Notes under the pieces: generated by a model
What the model was told of the DNA's origin: nothing
The model's database searches: none
Seen by the model: only the letters and a program-made list of their open reading frames with translations
In this document: positions 1 through 10,977 of the stretch, in pieces
Position numbering within the stretch: position 1 is the stretch's first letter
How the letters are laid out: the number at the start of each line of letters is the position of its first letter
Position numbers and translations under genes: made by a program
DNA from: an uncultured Planctomycetaceae bacterium
GTDB taxonomy: Bacteria; Planctomycetota; Planctomycetia; Pirellulales; Pirellulaceae
DNA: 64,000 nt
Direction of reading: 5' to 3'
Assembly (NCBI GenBank): GCA_963934735.1
Contig: CAWVZW010000002.1
Span: 3,919-67,918 of the forward strand

Positions 1-633
1 TTCGACAATAAGTTCATTCTAACCGGTGATGAAGTGCTCGATGGAACACATAAAATTGAAGTTCGCCGTAAAGGTGTGGGGCCAGTCTACTTCAACGTTT
101 ATCTCACCAACTTCACGCTTGAAGATTTCATCACTAAGGCGGGATTAGAAATCAAAGTGGAACGTCGTTTCTACAAATTGGTTCCCGATAACCGCGTTAC
201 AAAGGTGGCCGGATCGCGGGGACAGGTGGTGCAACAAAAAGAAGAACGCTTCAAACGCATTCCTCTTGCCTCCGGCGATGACGTCCTCAGCGGTGACTTA
301 ATCGAAATCGAATTACTGATTGACAGTAAAAATGATTACGAGTATTTGATGTTTGAAGACCACAAAGCAGCTGGATTTGAAGCGGTTGATCTGCGCAGTG
401 GATACATTTACACAGGACTGTCAGCCTATCGTGAAATGAGAGACGCCAGTGTCAATTATTTCATTCGCCGCATTTCACGTGGCAAGCACAGCTTTACCTA
501 CCGCGTGCGAGCTGAGATCCCTGGTAAATTCTCCGCCTTGCCGACCATCGGCTACGCCATGTATGCGCCGGAACTCAAAGCAAACTCCGACGAACACAAA
601 ATCGAAATCATCGATGTACCTATTGGCAAGTAG
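1..633 (+). CDS. Alpha-2-macroglobulin family protein, C-terminal fragment (5' end upstream of window)
   Basis: Frame 1 is open from nt 1, with no stop before the listed ATG at 34. The tail [13 protein letters not shown]...[13 protein letters not shown]...[12 protein letters not shown]...[10 protein letters not shown] resembles the conserved C-terminal block of bacterial alpha-2-macroglobulins (PAGFE, RDD, PG.F..P, MY.PE). Confidence 0.6.
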   Translation, partial: FDNKFILTGDEVLDGTHKIEVRRKGVGPVYFNVYLTNFTLEDFITKAGLEIKVERRFYKLVPDNRVTKVAGSRGQVVQQKEERFKRIPLASGDDVLSGDLIEIELLIDSKNDYEYLMFEDHKAAGFEAVDLRSGYIYTGLSAYREMRDASVNYFIRRISRGKHSFTYRVRAEIPGKFSALPTIGYAMYAPELKANSDEHKIEIIDVPIGK

Positions 634-667
634 TGCCTGAGCGATTGATGTTTTCAACATTGGTGTG

Positions 668-2251
668 TCACATCGTAATCCGCATTTCGGTAGCGGCTCG
701 GATGATGCCTACCACTTCGTCGATGTGCTCTTTCGTCGGACTACCCCAACCTTCGCGGTAGCCAAATATGTCGGCAACACTATTTGAGGCATAGCTGTCG
801 TTGACGATAGAAAATTGTTTAGGCGTAATCTGAGCTGGATGCTCATAACCGCAAGCGTGAGTCAATTGCATGATCTCTTTACGCAAGGCGATCATGTAAT
901 TTGCTAGGCGGTTGGATTTCAACGTAGGATCCAGTCCCCACATGAGCCGTTTGTTTTGGGTTGCGATCCCTGTGGGACAATTCCCAGAATGGCAACGTTG
1001 GGCCTGAACGCAACCTATCGCCATCATCGGCTCTCTGGCTATGCTGATCATGTCACACCCCAATGCCAGCGCGAGGAGGGATGTTTCTGGAAATCCAAGT
1101 TTTCCAGATCCCGTAAAAACGATGTTGTGAGCAATACCCGCCAGTTCAAACTTTTTGAATACCGAGGCAAAAGCCTGTTTAAACGGAAGTGCAACGTGGT
1201 CTGAAAATGCAAGTGGTGCGGCGCCCGTGCCGCCTTCTGACCCATCAATGTTAATGAAATCAACGCACCGATCAGTGCTTTGTACTTGATTTATCAGGTC
1301 GTCCCAGAATTCGCTCTCACCAACAGCACTCTTTATGCCAATTGGAAGCCCTGAAATGTCTGCAAGATGCTCTACAAAATCTAACATCGCATCTACGTTT
1401 GTAAATGCTGAGTGACTTGACGGACTGACGCAATCCTTGCCAACGGGAATGCCTCGGATCTTGGCAATCTCGGGGGACACCTTAGCAGCTGGCAACATGC
1501 CTCCTAACCCAGGCTTTGCACCTTGGCTCAGCTTGATTTCAATCGCCTTTACTTTGCCTTTAGCTTGTTCGATCGCGTCAAGAAAATGTTGTTGTGAAAA
1601 TGTTCCATCCGCATTCCTCGCTCCGAAATAACCGGTTCCTAGTTGCCAAATCAGGTTTCCGCCGTGTAAGTGATACGGACTGATTCCTCCTTCGCCAGTG
1701 TTGTGTAAGCAACCGGTCACTTTGCAACCTCGGTTAAGTGATTCTACCGCCGTCGCACTAAGCGAACCAAAACTCATCGCCGAAACACTAATAATTGATT
1801 TCGGTCTAAACTGATACTTGCGGTCACGGTAACCGCCAAGGATTTTAGCGACGTCGATCATATGCAGCGGGTCGTACGCTAGGTCTTCAGGACGGGGGGA
1901 CGAAATGGGAAAGGCAGCGTGTTTAATCACAAGGTGATTCGGCGATAGCTCGAGATCTTTGTCAGTCCCAAAACCGAAATAGTTGTTTTCTTGTTTAGCA
2001 GACGCATAGACCCAGCGGCGTTGATCACGAGAAAAGGGACGTTCTTCGTTGTTGTTGGTCACAATGTATTGTCGTAACTCCGGTCCGAAACGCTCGAGCC
2101 AATAACGAAAATGACCAACGACAGGGTAGTTGCGCAAAATAGTGTGTTTACGTTGACACAAGTCGTAAATTGCTGTCAACGCAATTAGTGCACCTATTGT
2201 GATCGCGATCCACATCCACCAAGAGATATACATCTTAGAAAGCAGCCCCAT
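668..2251 (-). CDS. FMN-binding glutamate synthase family protein (GltB FMN-domain-like) with N-terminal TM helix
   Basis: The long ORF carries glutamate-synthase domain-2 signatures (KLSQGAKPGLGGMLP, IDGSEGGTGAAP, GSGKL). A hydrophobic N-terminus (WWMWIAITIGALIALTAIY) follows internal Met codons at 2251 and 2233. The ORF-track start at 2344 adds an unlikely extension. Confidence 0.8.
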   Translation of the reverse strand: MGLLSKMYISWWMWIAITIGALIALTAIYDLCQRKHTILRNYPVVGHFRYWLERFGPELRQYIVTNNNEERPFSRDQRRWVYASAKQENNYFGFGTDKDLELSPNHLVIKHAAFPISSPRPEDLAYDPLHMIDVAKILGGYRDRKYQFRPKSIISVSAMSFGSLSATAVESLNRGCKVTGCLHNTGEGGISPYHLHGGNLIWQLGTGYFGARNADGTFSQQHFLDAIEQAKGKVKAIEIKLSQGAKPGLGGMLPAAKVSPEIAKIRGIPVGKDCVSPSSHSAFTNVDAMLDFVEHLADISGLPIGIKSAVGESEFWDDLINQVQSTDRCVDFINIDGSEGGTGAAPLAFSDHVALPFKQAFASVFKKFELAGIAHNIVFTGSGKLGFPETSLLALALGCDMISIAREPMMAIGCVQAQRCHSGNCPTGIATQNKRLMWGLDPTLKSNRLANYMIALRKEIMQLTHACGYEHPAQITPKQFSIVNDSYASNSVADIFGYREGWGSPTKEHIDEVVGIIRAATEMRITM

Positions 2252-2418
2252 AAATAAATTCGATGAAGTTGTAGAGACTTTAACATTGTCACTATCATCT
2301 TGGCAACGGAAGAACACGATAAACTTGGTGATGCCACGCTGCACAACGGTCTAGCCAAATCTACAAGACCGCGACACAATAGATAGTTTGAGATTCATAT
2401 AATCAACACAGGGATGAC

Positions 2419-3606
2419 ATGACTAAGCAATCGATCACACAAATAGATGTCTCAGGAAAGCGAGTGTTGCTGCGAGTTGATTTCAACGTGCCGTTAACCG
2501 CCACCGGTGAAATCACCGATGACCGTCGTATTGAAATGGCGTTACCTTCGATTCATTCGGTGCTGCAACGTGGCGGTAGCCTGGTATTGATGAGTCATCT
2601 CGGTCGACCACAGGGTAATGACGATGACGGCAGGTTCAGTTTAGCTCCGGTTGCCAAGCGCTTAGCAGAACTCCTCGGACAGGATGTTGCCATGGCCAGC
2701 GACACCGTTGGCGACGATGCGAACGCAAAAGTATCACAACTTACAGATGGTGGTGTTGTCGTTCTTGAAAATTTACGTTTCGACCCAGCGGAAAAGGCAG
2801 GGGATACGGAGTTTGCTGCAAAACTAGCGAGTTTTGGCGACGTGTATTGCAACGATGCTTTTGGAACGTGTCATCGTGACCACGCTTCCATGGTCGCCGT
2901 GCCGCAAGCGATGGCGGATAAACCGCGAGTTGTCGGATTACTTGTCGAAAAGGAAATCAAATACTTATCTGCAGCGATTGAGTCGCCCAAGCGACCGTTT
3001 ATCGCAATACTCGGTGGTGCCAAGGTATCCGACAAAATCATGGTCATCAATAAGTTACTGGACGTTTGTGACCACATTTTAATTGGCGGCGCAATGGCCT
3101 ATACGTTTTCGTTAGCTCGTGGCGGAGAGGTGGGTAAGAGTTTAGTTGAACCGGACAAAGTCGAATTAGCAACTGATCTTCTGCAACGTGGCGGCGACGT
3201 ACTGGTCCTGCCTGTGGATACGCATTGCGGTGACGATTTTTCAGCGGATTGCAATAAAGAAGTTGTTCCGTTTGGTGCAATCTCCGCCGAATTTGAAGGA
3301 TTGGATATCGGCCCTGAAACCGCGGAGAAATATGCGGAATTCTTAGCCGACGCCGGGACCGTTGTTTGGAACGGCCCCATGGGTGTGTGCGAAATGCCGC
3401 CCTTTGACGCGGGGACTCGCCGTGTTGCCGAAGCGATTGCGGCAAGCGAAGCAATCAGTATTATCGGTGGTGGCGACAGTGCCGCTGCCATTGAACAACT
3501 AGGGTTCGCGGAACAAGTATCCCATGTAAGCACAGGAGGCGGCGCAAGTCTCGCCATGCTAGAAGGCAAGACGTTTGCCGCCGTGGATCTACTTGACGAT
3601 GCGTAA
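2419..3606 (+). CDS. pgk: Phosphoglycerate kinase
   Basis: 395 aa, with LLRVDFNVP near the N-terminus, [12 protein letters not shown], and the C-terminal [10 protein letters not shown] and STGGGASL motifs. Confidence 0.95.
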   Translation: MTKQSITQIDVSGKRVLLRVDFNVPLTATGEITDDRRIEMALPSIHSVLQRGGSLVLMSHLGRPQGNDDDGRFSLAPVAKRLAELLGQDVAMASDTVGDDANAKVSQLTDGGVVVLENLRFDPAEKAGDTEFAAKLASFGDVYCNDAFGTCHRDHASMVAVPQAMADKPRVVGLLVEKEIKYLSAAIESPKRPFIAILGGAKVSDKIMVINKLLDVCDHILIGGAMAYTFSLARGGEVGKSLVEPDKVELATDLLQRGGDVLVLPVDTHCGDDFSADCNKEVVPFGAISAEFEGLDIGPETAEKYAEFLADAGTVVWNGPMGVCEMPPFDAGTRRVAEAIAASEAISIIGGGDSAAAIEQLGFAEQVSHVSTGGGASLAMLEGKTFAAVDLLDDA

Positions 3607-3634
3607 GTGTCAAGCGTCAGCAACTTAGTCGTTA

Positions 3635-3910
3635 TTAGATACCCGCAGCATCGGCCGCTTCCGAGTCGATTTTTCGCAGTTGTTCACGAGCAAGTTGCCT
3701 CACTCCGTAGTAGACATCTTCAGCGCTGGCTGTTACCCGCGTCTCGACAGCCTCCTGCGTACCCGGAAGCGTCACAACAAGCGTCTTGATCGCCCAATTC
3801 CGCGTTGCCTCAGGTTCAGTGGTGTTCAGGACAATCTCGCTCAAGACGGGCACGGCGAGCTTCGCTTTTGGACCGAGTTCATGCAAAGCTCCCACCGGGC
3901 GATATCGCAC
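3635..3910 (-). CDS. Small HEAT-repeat protein; start uncertain, repeat homology continues upstream to nt 3964
   Basis: HEAT/PBS-lyase-like repeat pattern (RYRPVGALHELGPKAKLAVPVLSEIV). The first canonical start is GTG at 3910. The frame stays open and repeat-like (DDAVNDLIALLGDEDRYV) back to the TAA of the upstream sulfatase. Confidence 0.35.
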   Translation of the reverse strand: MRYRPVGALHELGPKAKLAVPVLSEIVLNTTEPEATRNWAIKTLVVTLPGTQEAVETRVTASAEDVYYGVRQLAREQLRKIDSEAADAAGI

Positions 3911-3964
3911 GTACCGATCCTCGTCACCCAGCAGGGCAATCAGATCATTGACGGCGTCATCGCA

Positions 3965-5440
3965 TTATCTGGTCGCTGGAACACCTGGAAGATACTGCAA
4001 CGCCGGATCGTTGCTGTCGCGCATCTCATGGAGAATCTTTGCGTGCAGTGCGTCGACGATGGTGTTGTGTTTGGGATTGTTGATCTGGTTACTTAATTCA
4101 CCCGGATCGTTTTTGAGATCGTAGAGTTCGTCGAGATGTGGGTTTCTGAAATCACGAACCAGTTTCCATCGGTCGGTGCGCCACATACGCAGTTCGCTGA
4201 GGAATTGATACGCGTAGTCCTCATAGAAGGAAAGAAACGAAAAGACGCCGTCACGCTGCGTGTCGTTCTTCTTCCCTGTCAGCAGCGGGACTAAGTTTTC
4301 ACCGCGCAGGCCCAGGGCCTGCGGTTGCTCGATCCCCGCCATGGCCAGAATTGTGGGAAGCCAATCGAGGTTCGTGGTGTCCGCGTCAATTCGAGCCCCC
4401 GGCTTGATGTGTCCGGGCCAGCGGACCATAGTCGGCACCCGGATCGAGTTCTCCCACATGTTGGGCCGCGCGTTCGCGCCAATGTTTCCTTTGCGAGGAA
4501 CAGTGTGCTTCAAAATCCAGATGCCGTTGCCTTTGTGCCAGATGCCGTGGTGGCCTATGTTGTACCCATGGTCGGAGGTGTAGATGACGATCGTGTTGTC
4601 AGCGATTCCCTTCGTTTCGAGGGCCGCCATGACGCGACCCAAATTCCGATCTACACTGCGGGTCGACGCCAAGTATTCCTTCATCCACTGATCGACCCGT
4701 TCGCGGTCAAGATCTGGGTAGTCGGGAACATCCGCCCTGAAGTCGGGCTTGTCGTAAGGAGCCATATCTTCCGGGGCAACGGGCAGCCACTTCGTGTGCG
4801 GCGCCCGCGTATGCCAGGCGATGAAGAACGGACGCTTCTGCTTATCGTTGATGTGCGATTCCATTCTTGCTATCACGTCATCTGCCAGCACATCCGCGGT
4901 GAGTCCCTTCAACAATATGCGTTTGTCGTTTTGGTAAAAGTGAGGATTTATGACCGGGAATGCACCCTGGATGTGACCCATAAAGTAGTCAAAGCCGTGG
5001 TTGGTGGGATAGTGTTTTTCTTCTTCGCCAAGATGCCACTTGCCGATCAGCGACGTGGAGTATCCGGCTGCCTTAAGCAATTCCGCAGTTGTGACTGAAT
5101 CGGGATTGATCCCCTGTCCTTTTGCGTTTTGCCCGAACTGCACCCAGTTGCGCACGCCGACTTCGTAACCGTATAGCCCCGTCAGAGTCGCGGCTCGTGA
5201 TGGCGAACAGACCGGTGTGGTAACGAAGGCGTTCTCTAGGTAAGCCCCCTCCGAAACCAGTTTGTCCATGTTCGGCGTGAGCGCCTGCTTGTTGCCGGAC
5301 GCGCCCAAGGCCCATGGTGCTTGATCATCGGTGCAGATGAAGAGGATGTTGGGCTGTTGGGCATTTGTTTCAGCGTGTAAAACCGCGCTGTTGGTGAGAA
5401 ACAAAGTTACAGATAGTAGAACGATAACGATAAGTTTCAT
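3965..5440 (-). CDS. Secreted sulfatase (formylglycine-dependent arylsulfatase family)
   Basis: Sec signal MKLIVIVLLSVTLFLTNSAVLHA, the ILFICTDDQ metal-binding start, the CSPSRAATLTG FGly motif, and GKWHLG and TSDHG motifs. Confidence 0.85.
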   Translation of the reverse strand: MKLIVIVLLSVTLFLTNSAVLHAETNAQQPNILFICTDDQAPWALGASGNKQALTPNMDKLVSEGAYLENAFVTTPVCSPSRAATLTGLYGYEVGVRNWVQFGQNAKGQGINPDSVTTAELLKAAGYSTSLIGKWHLGEEEKHYPTNHGFDYFMGHIQGAFPVINPHFYQNDKRILLKGLTADVLADDVIARMESHINDKQKRPFFIAWHTRAPHTKWLPVAPEDMAPYDKPDFRADVPDYPDLDRERVDQWMKEYLASTRSVDRNLGRVMAALETKGIADNTIVIYTSDHGYNIGHHGIWHKGNGIWILKHTVPRKGNIGANARPNMWENSIRVPTMVRWPGHIKPGARIDADTTNLDWLPTILAMAGIEQPQALGLRGENLVPLLTGKKNDTQRDGVFSFLSFYEDYAYQFLSELRMWRTDRWKLVRDFRNPHLDELYDLKNDPGELSNQINNPKHNTIVDALHAKILHEMRDSNDPALQYLPGVPATR

Positions 5441-5769
5441 TTAGTAATCACTCAATTATTAACTGCATTCATGGCTCGGTTGCAAATTTCCACGCGTTAT
5501 TGATTGTAACACAGACCAGCCCTTGGCGCGACGCTCCATCTGGCCAACAAACAAGTTGAAGACGCACTGCAGGGTGCTTGCTCGGCGATGCGTCGGTGTT
5601 CAGGCTCTACTGAAAAGGTAAGGAACTTGCGACGGGTCACTCCTGCCACTCTTTGCGCAGAGCTGAAACTAAAACCGATTGTGTCTCTTTTACATTCTCC
5701 AACTATACACAGCACCAACTGGACACATACAATAACGGGTATGATCAAGGCAAGAAAGCGAGTTTAGTC

Positions 5770-7338
5770 ATGAACAGATTCACCACCGACATCCTTGGAT
5801 TTGCTACCTGTGTCGCCCTAGCCATCCCTCTATCTGCAGAGGTGGTCCCGGTGCCGGAAACAGTTGTTGCCCAAACAATCGAGGGTAGCAAACCTCGGAA
5901 CGTCGTTTTCATCCTCTCGGATGATCACCGCTACGATGCCATGAGTTTCATGGGACATCCCTTCGCAAAGACACCGCACATGGATGCGATGGCCACGAAC
6001 GGAATGCACCTCAAGAATGCATTCGTGACCACCTCACTCTGTTCACCGAGCCGCGCGTCAATCCTGACTGGGCTGTACACATTTCGCCACCGAGTGATCG
6101 ACAACCAACGTGCGGTTCCCGAGGGCACACTCTTTTTTCCGCAGTATTTACAACAGGCTGGATATACAACCGGGTTCATTGGCAAGTGGCACATGGGAGC
6201 GGGCAACGATAATCCCCGTCCTGGCTTTGACTACTGGTTCAGCTTCAAAGGTCAGGGACAGTATTATCCACCAAATGAAAAATACACGATCAATGATAAC
6301 GGCAAGCGAGTGCCTCAGGACGGTTACATCACCACGCTGTTGACGCGACGCGCCATCGATTTTCTCGAGCAGCAGACCGACCGGGAAAAACCTTTCTTTC
6401 TCTATCTCTCCCATAAAGCGGTACATGGTCCGTTTACACCAGAGCCGAAGTACAAAGGTACGCTAGAGGACATTCCGTTCAAACTCCCAGCATCGAGCAA
6501 GTTACTAAAAAACAATCTCCGCAACCGGCCGAGGTGGTTGCTCGACCAACGCAATGGTTGGCATGGTATGGACTTTCCTCTGCACTCCGGAAGTAGCGTC
6601 GAAACGTTATACAAAAGTTACTGTGAATCGCTTTGTTCTGTCGATGACAGCATCGGCGCGGTAATGAAACAGTTGAAAAAGATGGGGATCTACGATGATA
6701 CGCTGGTCATCTATATGGGCGACAACGGGTACATGTTCGGTGAGCACGGCTTGATCGATAAACGCGTGGCATATGAAACCTCCAGTCGGGTGCCGCTGCT
6801 CATGCAGTGTCCTGCGATGGTCCAAGGCGGCACGATTTTAGACCAAGTCGTTGCCAACATCGACATTGCTCCCACCATCATGGAGGCCATGGGACTCGAG
6901 AAACCTCTGCATATGGACGGAGAGAGCTTTCTTCCACTGGCTCAAGGTAAATCGATACCGTGGCGCGAATACTTTCTCTACGTCTATTACTGGGAACAAA
7001 ACTATCCGCATACACCAACACATTTTTCGCTCCGTGGCGACCAGTACAAGTACACGACCTATTACGGACTTTGGGACACGGATGAATTATTTGACATCAA
7101 GTCCGATCCACAAGAACAAAACAACCTCATCTACAAACCTGCATACGCGCAAACAAAACAACAGATGCAGGATCGGCTTTACGCGATGATGGCAGAATTG
7201 GGAGGAATGGAAATTCCCTTGAACCCACCACGCGGGCGACAGCAAAACAAACGACTTCGCAATCGCGGTGGAGTTAAAGCTGCAGATTTCCCAGAAGCAC
7301 TCATCGTTGACGAACCTCTCAGGAAGGAACTCAAGTAG
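5770..7338 (+). CDS. Secreted sulfatase (formylglycine-dependent)
   Basis: The ATG at 5770 gives the signal peptide MNRFTTDILGFATCVALAIPLSA. Motifs present: FILSDDHRYD, CSPSRASILTG, GKWHMG, MGDNG. The ORF-track start at 5653 adds 39 non-signal residues. Confidence 0.85.
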   Translation: MNRFTTDILGFATCVALAIPLSAEVVPVPETVVAQTIEGSKPRNVVFILSDDHRYDAMSFMGHPFAKTPHMDAMATNGMHLKNAFVTTSLCSPSRASILTGLYTFRHRVIDNQRAVPEGTLFFPQYLQQAGYTTGFIGKWHMGAGNDNPRPGFDYWFSFKGQGQYYPPNEKYTINDNGKRVPQDGYITTLLTRRAIDFLEQQTDREKPFFLYLSHKAVHGPFTPEPKYKGTLEDIPFKLPASSKLLKNNLRNRPRWLLDQRNGWHGMDFPLHSGSSVETLYKSYCESLCSVDDSIGAVMKQLKKMGIYDDTLVIYMGDNGYMFGEHGLIDKRVAYETSSRVPLLMQCPAMVQGGTILDQVVANIDIAPTIMEAMGLEKPLHMDGESFLPLAQGKSIPWREYFLYVYYWEQNYPHTPTHFSLRGDQYKYTTYYGLWDTDELFDIKSDPQEQNNLIYKPAYAQTKQQMQDRLYAMMAELGGMEIPLNPPRGRQQNKRLRNRGGVKAADFPEALIVDEPLRKELK

Positions 7339-7409
7339 CGTAGGGTGCTGTGGCAACCGCGGACTCGTTCACTCTCTCTAGATACAGTTGAGTACAAGGA
7401 ACAAATGAT

Positions 7410-7769
7410 ATGCAAACAATTGATGTGCAGAACAAGTTAGCCTGTGTTGATGAGCATTGGTCGCCCAAAGTAATCGCCGAACTTAACGGTCAGCAGGTTA
7501 AGGTTGCCAAACTCTTGGGGGAGTTTGACTGGCACTTCCATGAGCAGGAGGATGAGCTTTTCTGGGTGATTCAGGGATGCCTAGAAATTCACCTGCGGGA
7601 CAAGGTGGTTGAATTACACCCAGGACAGCTATGCGTTGTTCCCCGTGGTGTTGAGCATAAACCGGTCGCCAATTCGGAGTGCCAGATTGTTCTGTTCGAA
7701 CCAACAGGAACACTTAATACGGGTAATATTGTCAATGCCCGTACCGTCCCAAGCCCCGAAGTGATCTGA
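7410..7769 (+). CDS. Cupin domain protein
   Basis: 119 aa with a single cupin fold: WHFHEQEDELFWVIQG (HxH...E...G) and VVPRGVEHKP (P.G..H). Confidence 0.7.
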   Translation: MQTIDVQNKLACVDEHWSPKVIAELNGQQVKVAKLLGEFDWHFHEQEDELFWVIQGCLEIHLRDKVVELHPGQLCVVPRGVEHKPVANSECQIVLFEPTGTLNTGNIVNARTVPSPEVI

Positions 7770-7910
7770 TTCTCGAATTCGAACGACACCGATATTTTTC
7801 GCTCCAGTTTACATGTTGCTAATAACAATCTGACTAACCCTATTCAATCCATTGACTCACAAAATAAAACATATGCGAATCACTGAAGCACCAACCACCG
7901 GCAATGAACG

Positions 7911-10900
7911 GTGTTCAAACAGCAGGAACGCCTCGTGAATTGCAAACCAGCAACCACTTTCTTAATCGTCGTTCTTCTAAGCGCCGTTAGCTATGCCCAC
8001 GACAAACCGCTTGTCGAAAGCATAGAACAGGCAGCCACCGCCAGAGAAATCAAATTCTTTGAAAAGCAAATCGTACCGATCCTCGAGCGTAGTTGTTACC
8101 CGTGCCACAGCCATGAGTCCGGCAAGGCGAAGGGCGGGCTCGTATTAGACTCCCGTCATGGCTGGATAACGGGTGGAAATGAAGGAGCAGCGATCATTCC
8201 CGGCAAGCCGGAGGAAAGCCTCTTGATGGAGGCCGTTCGATATGAAAGCTACGAAATGCCGCCCACAGAACAACTGCCGGCAAACGAAATTGCGCTATTG
8301 GAGAAATGGATCTTGATGGGGGCACCTGATCCCCGCGATTCAAAAACACCTGAAATAGATCCTGCAAAACTCTGGGCCCTGGAGCCAATCTTAAAACCAG
8401 ATGTCCCCAAGGTGAGAGACAATCAATGGCCGCGGGATGATCTCGATTCCTTTGTTTTGGCGAAACTACGAACAAATGGCCTCTATCCCGCCGGCGATGC
8501 GGATCGTTACACGTTGTTGCGTCGCGTGACGTTCGACCTTACGGGGTTACCACCAACGCCTGATGAAATCGAAGCGTTTATTAGCGACCCGTCCGAAAAA
8601 GCATATGAAAACGTCGTCGACCGCCTCCTTGAATCGCCCGGATTTGGAGATCACTGGGCCAGGCACTGGTTCGATCTATCCTGCTATGCAGACTTGGCTG
8701 ACATTACCGGCAACGTTCTGATCCGGGATGCCTGGCGTTATCGAGACTATGTAATTGAGGCGTTTAATTCCGACAAACCGCTGGATAGGTTTATTCACGA
8801 GCAGATCGCAGGCGACCTCCTGCCATACGATAACGTCGTACAGCAACGTCAACAGATCATCGCAACAGGCTACCTTGCGATCGGCCCATGGACGTTGCAG
8901 AACTATATCAAGGGGCAATTGGCCGCGGACGTTGTCGATCATCAGATTGACCAGATAGGTCGCACCTTCCTCGGCCAGACGATATCCTGTGCTCGCTGTC
9001 ATGATCACAAGTTCGATCCCATTCCCACTCGCGATTATTACGCATTGGCCGGTATCTTCCATAGCACACTCACGACCAGTTACGACGGGCCTGGTGTCTG
9101 GAGTCAAATCACTCACGTGAATCTACCGAAGCTACCGGGAGTGGATGATGAGTTCGAGAAACTCGCCCGCAATATAAATAATCAACAACTTAAATTACGC
9201 GACGAATTAACTGCCCTACGGCGAGTTGATGACAAGCTTAGATTCACAAAGAAGGCTGTCAACGCCCAGGCAAATGCAGTCACTCTGAACACAGGAATCG
9301 ACGCAAATGGAGCAGGTCGTGAGTATCGCGTCTCGTTTGCCGCATCCCCTTCGGTCTGGGCAGGTGCGAGTCAGGCGACCGCAGACGACGACGGTTTACT
9401 CTTGCAAGTGTTGCGCGAAGACGCGACGGTACTGGCCTGGCATGTCCATCGACCTGGTGCCTGGACAGGAAAACACGACAGTCAAAAGTTCAAGGCAGCA
9501 TCGTTCGTTTATACAGGGGATGGTACGGGCGACGTAAAGTTACACATCACTTCCAGCGATTACACCGGTCGATTCGGTGGTGCGATAGATGATTTAACAG
9601 TTGAGGAATCAGCTACCTCAATAATTGTCTTCTCGGAAGACTTTGAAAAATGCCAAGTCGGTAATACTCAAGGGAAACAGTCCGCAACCGGATTACCCGT
9701 CTACGCAAGATGTACGATTCCAAGATGGGCGGGTGCGGGCACGAATCATTCCCACGTGGTTAATTTGGACGGGGGAGGACAATCAAATCTTGCACTGCAA
9801 CTATTCAGTGGCCCTGCTCTCGCTGCTACCAATCCCCGCATCGCAGCGATCAATGCAGAATTGGCATCTCTCTCACACCGTCTGGAATCGGCACGGCCAG
9901 ATCGCGAACAGGCTTTGGCGGTCAGAGACATTGAAACGCCCCGTGATAACCCGATCTATCTGCGAGGTGATTTTCAATCTCTTGGCGAGATCGTTCCCCG
10001 TGGCTTTCTTAGTTCCGTCCCCCCCTCTAAGTTGAACGACATTCCGAAAGACACCAGCGGACGTTTGCAATTAGCTCACTGGCTCACGGATTCCGGCAAT
10101 CCGCTCACTTCGCGAATCCTTGTCAATCGTATCTGGCATCACCTGTTTGGAAAAGGGCTTGTTCGCAGCGTGGATTACTTCGGTGTCCATGGCGAAATGC
10201 CCAGTCATCCCGAGTTGCTCGATTTCCTTGCCGTTCGCCTACGCGAAGATGACCAGTGGTCTATGAAAAGCACCGTGCGCCGCATGGTTTTGTCACGCAC
10301 TTACCAGATGGCGTCGACTCATAACGTCAAAGCAGTGAAACTTGATCCTGACAATGACTTGCTCTGGCATATGCCCCGTCGGCGACTAACGGCCGAATCG
10401 ATCCGCGACGCTATGCTGGCGACGAGTGGGCAACTGGACCTCGGTCGCGGCGGGTCGCCACTAGGGTTGGAACTAACAGGCAGCATCAATGGTCTTGGAG
10501 GAAAAGTAAATCCGCCAACCTGGGCCGGAAATATTCCAGAATATATCAAGAACCGTCGTTCCGTCTACCTGCCTTTTAAGCGAAAACGACCTCTGGGCGT
10601 ACTTGAAATTCTCAGCGCTTTTGATTTCCCCCACCCAAATGATATCACCGGCGCGCGAACCAATACCACCGTGGCAACTCAGGCGCTGTTTCTACTCAAT
10701 GCTCCCTTCGTAAAACAACAGGCCACCAAGTTGGCTGAGCGTTTACAGCAAGACCAACCCGATGACGAACGCGCTCGTATCAACCAACTCTATCTCCTGA
10801 CCGTGAACTATCCGGCGGAGGATGCGGAAATAGAGATTGCTCTGACTTTTCTTGATCAATGTACTCAGGATCTCATTTCCGGATCCGATACCGCTACGGC

Positions 10901-10970
10901 TAGATCTGCAGCGTGGACACAGTTATGTCATGCAGTGCTCGCTTCCAATCGTTTTCTTTTTCGCGAATAG
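7911..10970 (+). CDS. PSCyt1/DUF1549/DUF1553 (PSD1) family planctomycete cytochrome-C-domain protein
   Basis: 1019 aa with an N-terminal signal and a CxxCH haem motif (CYPCHSH). Also has a DUF1549-like block (FVLAKLRTNGLYPA, LLRRVTFDLTGLPPT), the CARCHDHKFDPI motif typical of DUF1553, and a PSD1-like C-terminus. GTG start. Confidence 0.85.
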   Translation: MFKQQERLVNCKPATTFLIVVLLSAVSYAHDKPLVESIEQAATAREIKFFEKQIVPILERSCYPCHSHESGKAKGGLVLDSRHGWITGGNEGAAIIPGKPEESLLMEAVRYESYEMPPTEQLPANEIALLEKWILMGAPDPRDSKTPEIDPAKLWALEPILKPDVPKVRDNQWPRDDLDSFVLAKLRTNGLYPAGDADRYTLLRRVTFDLTGLPPTPDEIEAFISDPSEKAYENVVDRLLESPGFGDHWARHWFDLSCYADLADITGNVLIRDAWRYRDYVIEAFNSDKPLDRFIHEQIAGDLLPYDNVVQQRQQIIATGYLAIGPWTLQNYIKGQLAADVVDHQIDQIGRTFLGQTISCARCHDHKFDPIPTRDYYALAGIFHSTLTTSYDGPGVWSQITHVNLPKLPGVDDEFEKLARNINNQQLKLRDELTALRRVDDKLRFTKKAVNAQANAVTLNTGIDANGAGREYRVSFAASPSVWAGASQATADDDGLLLQVLREDATVLAWHVHRPGAWTGKHDSQKFKAASFVYTGDGTGDVKLHITSSDYTGRFGGAIDDLTVEESATSIIVFSEDFEKCQVGNTQGKQSATGLPVYARCTIPRWAGAGTNHSHVVNLDGGGQSNLALQLFSGPALAATNPRIAAINAELASLSHRLESARPDREQALAVRDIETPRDNPIYLRGDFQSLGEIVPRGFLSSVPPSKLNDIPKDTSGRLQLAHWLTDSGNPLTSRILVNRIWHHLFGKGLVRSVDYFGVHGEMPSHPELLDFLAVRLREDDQWSMKSTVRRMVLSRTYQMASTHNVKAVKLDPDNDLLWHMPRRRLTAESIRDAMLATSGQLDLGRGGSPLGLELTGSINGLGGKVNPPTWAGNIPEYIKNRRSVYLPFKRKRPLGVLEILSAFDFPHPNDITGARTNTTVATQALFLLNAPFVKQQATKLAERLQQDQPDDERARINQLYLLTVNYPAEDAEIEIALTFLDQCTQDLISGSDTATARSAAWTQLCHAVLASNRFLFRE

Positions 10971-10977
10971 GACTACC

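Noticed and set aside
7773-7782. Palindrome TCGAATTCGA just after the cupin gene stop
   Set aside because: It is a short 10-bp palindrome with no T-tract and no partner site, so it is likely chance.
10852-10977. N-terminal extensions implied by the longest-ORF starts. Other cases: 5653-5769, 24762-24794, 36432-36485, 40417-40452, 47197-47310, 56342-56434, 2252-2344.
   Set aside because: Internal ATGs give canonical N-termini (signal or Tat peptides, MRCPFC of NrdR, MTIKQI...APMLLID of FabZ, MTQSLKIGAV of MqnA) and remove overlaps with upstream genes.
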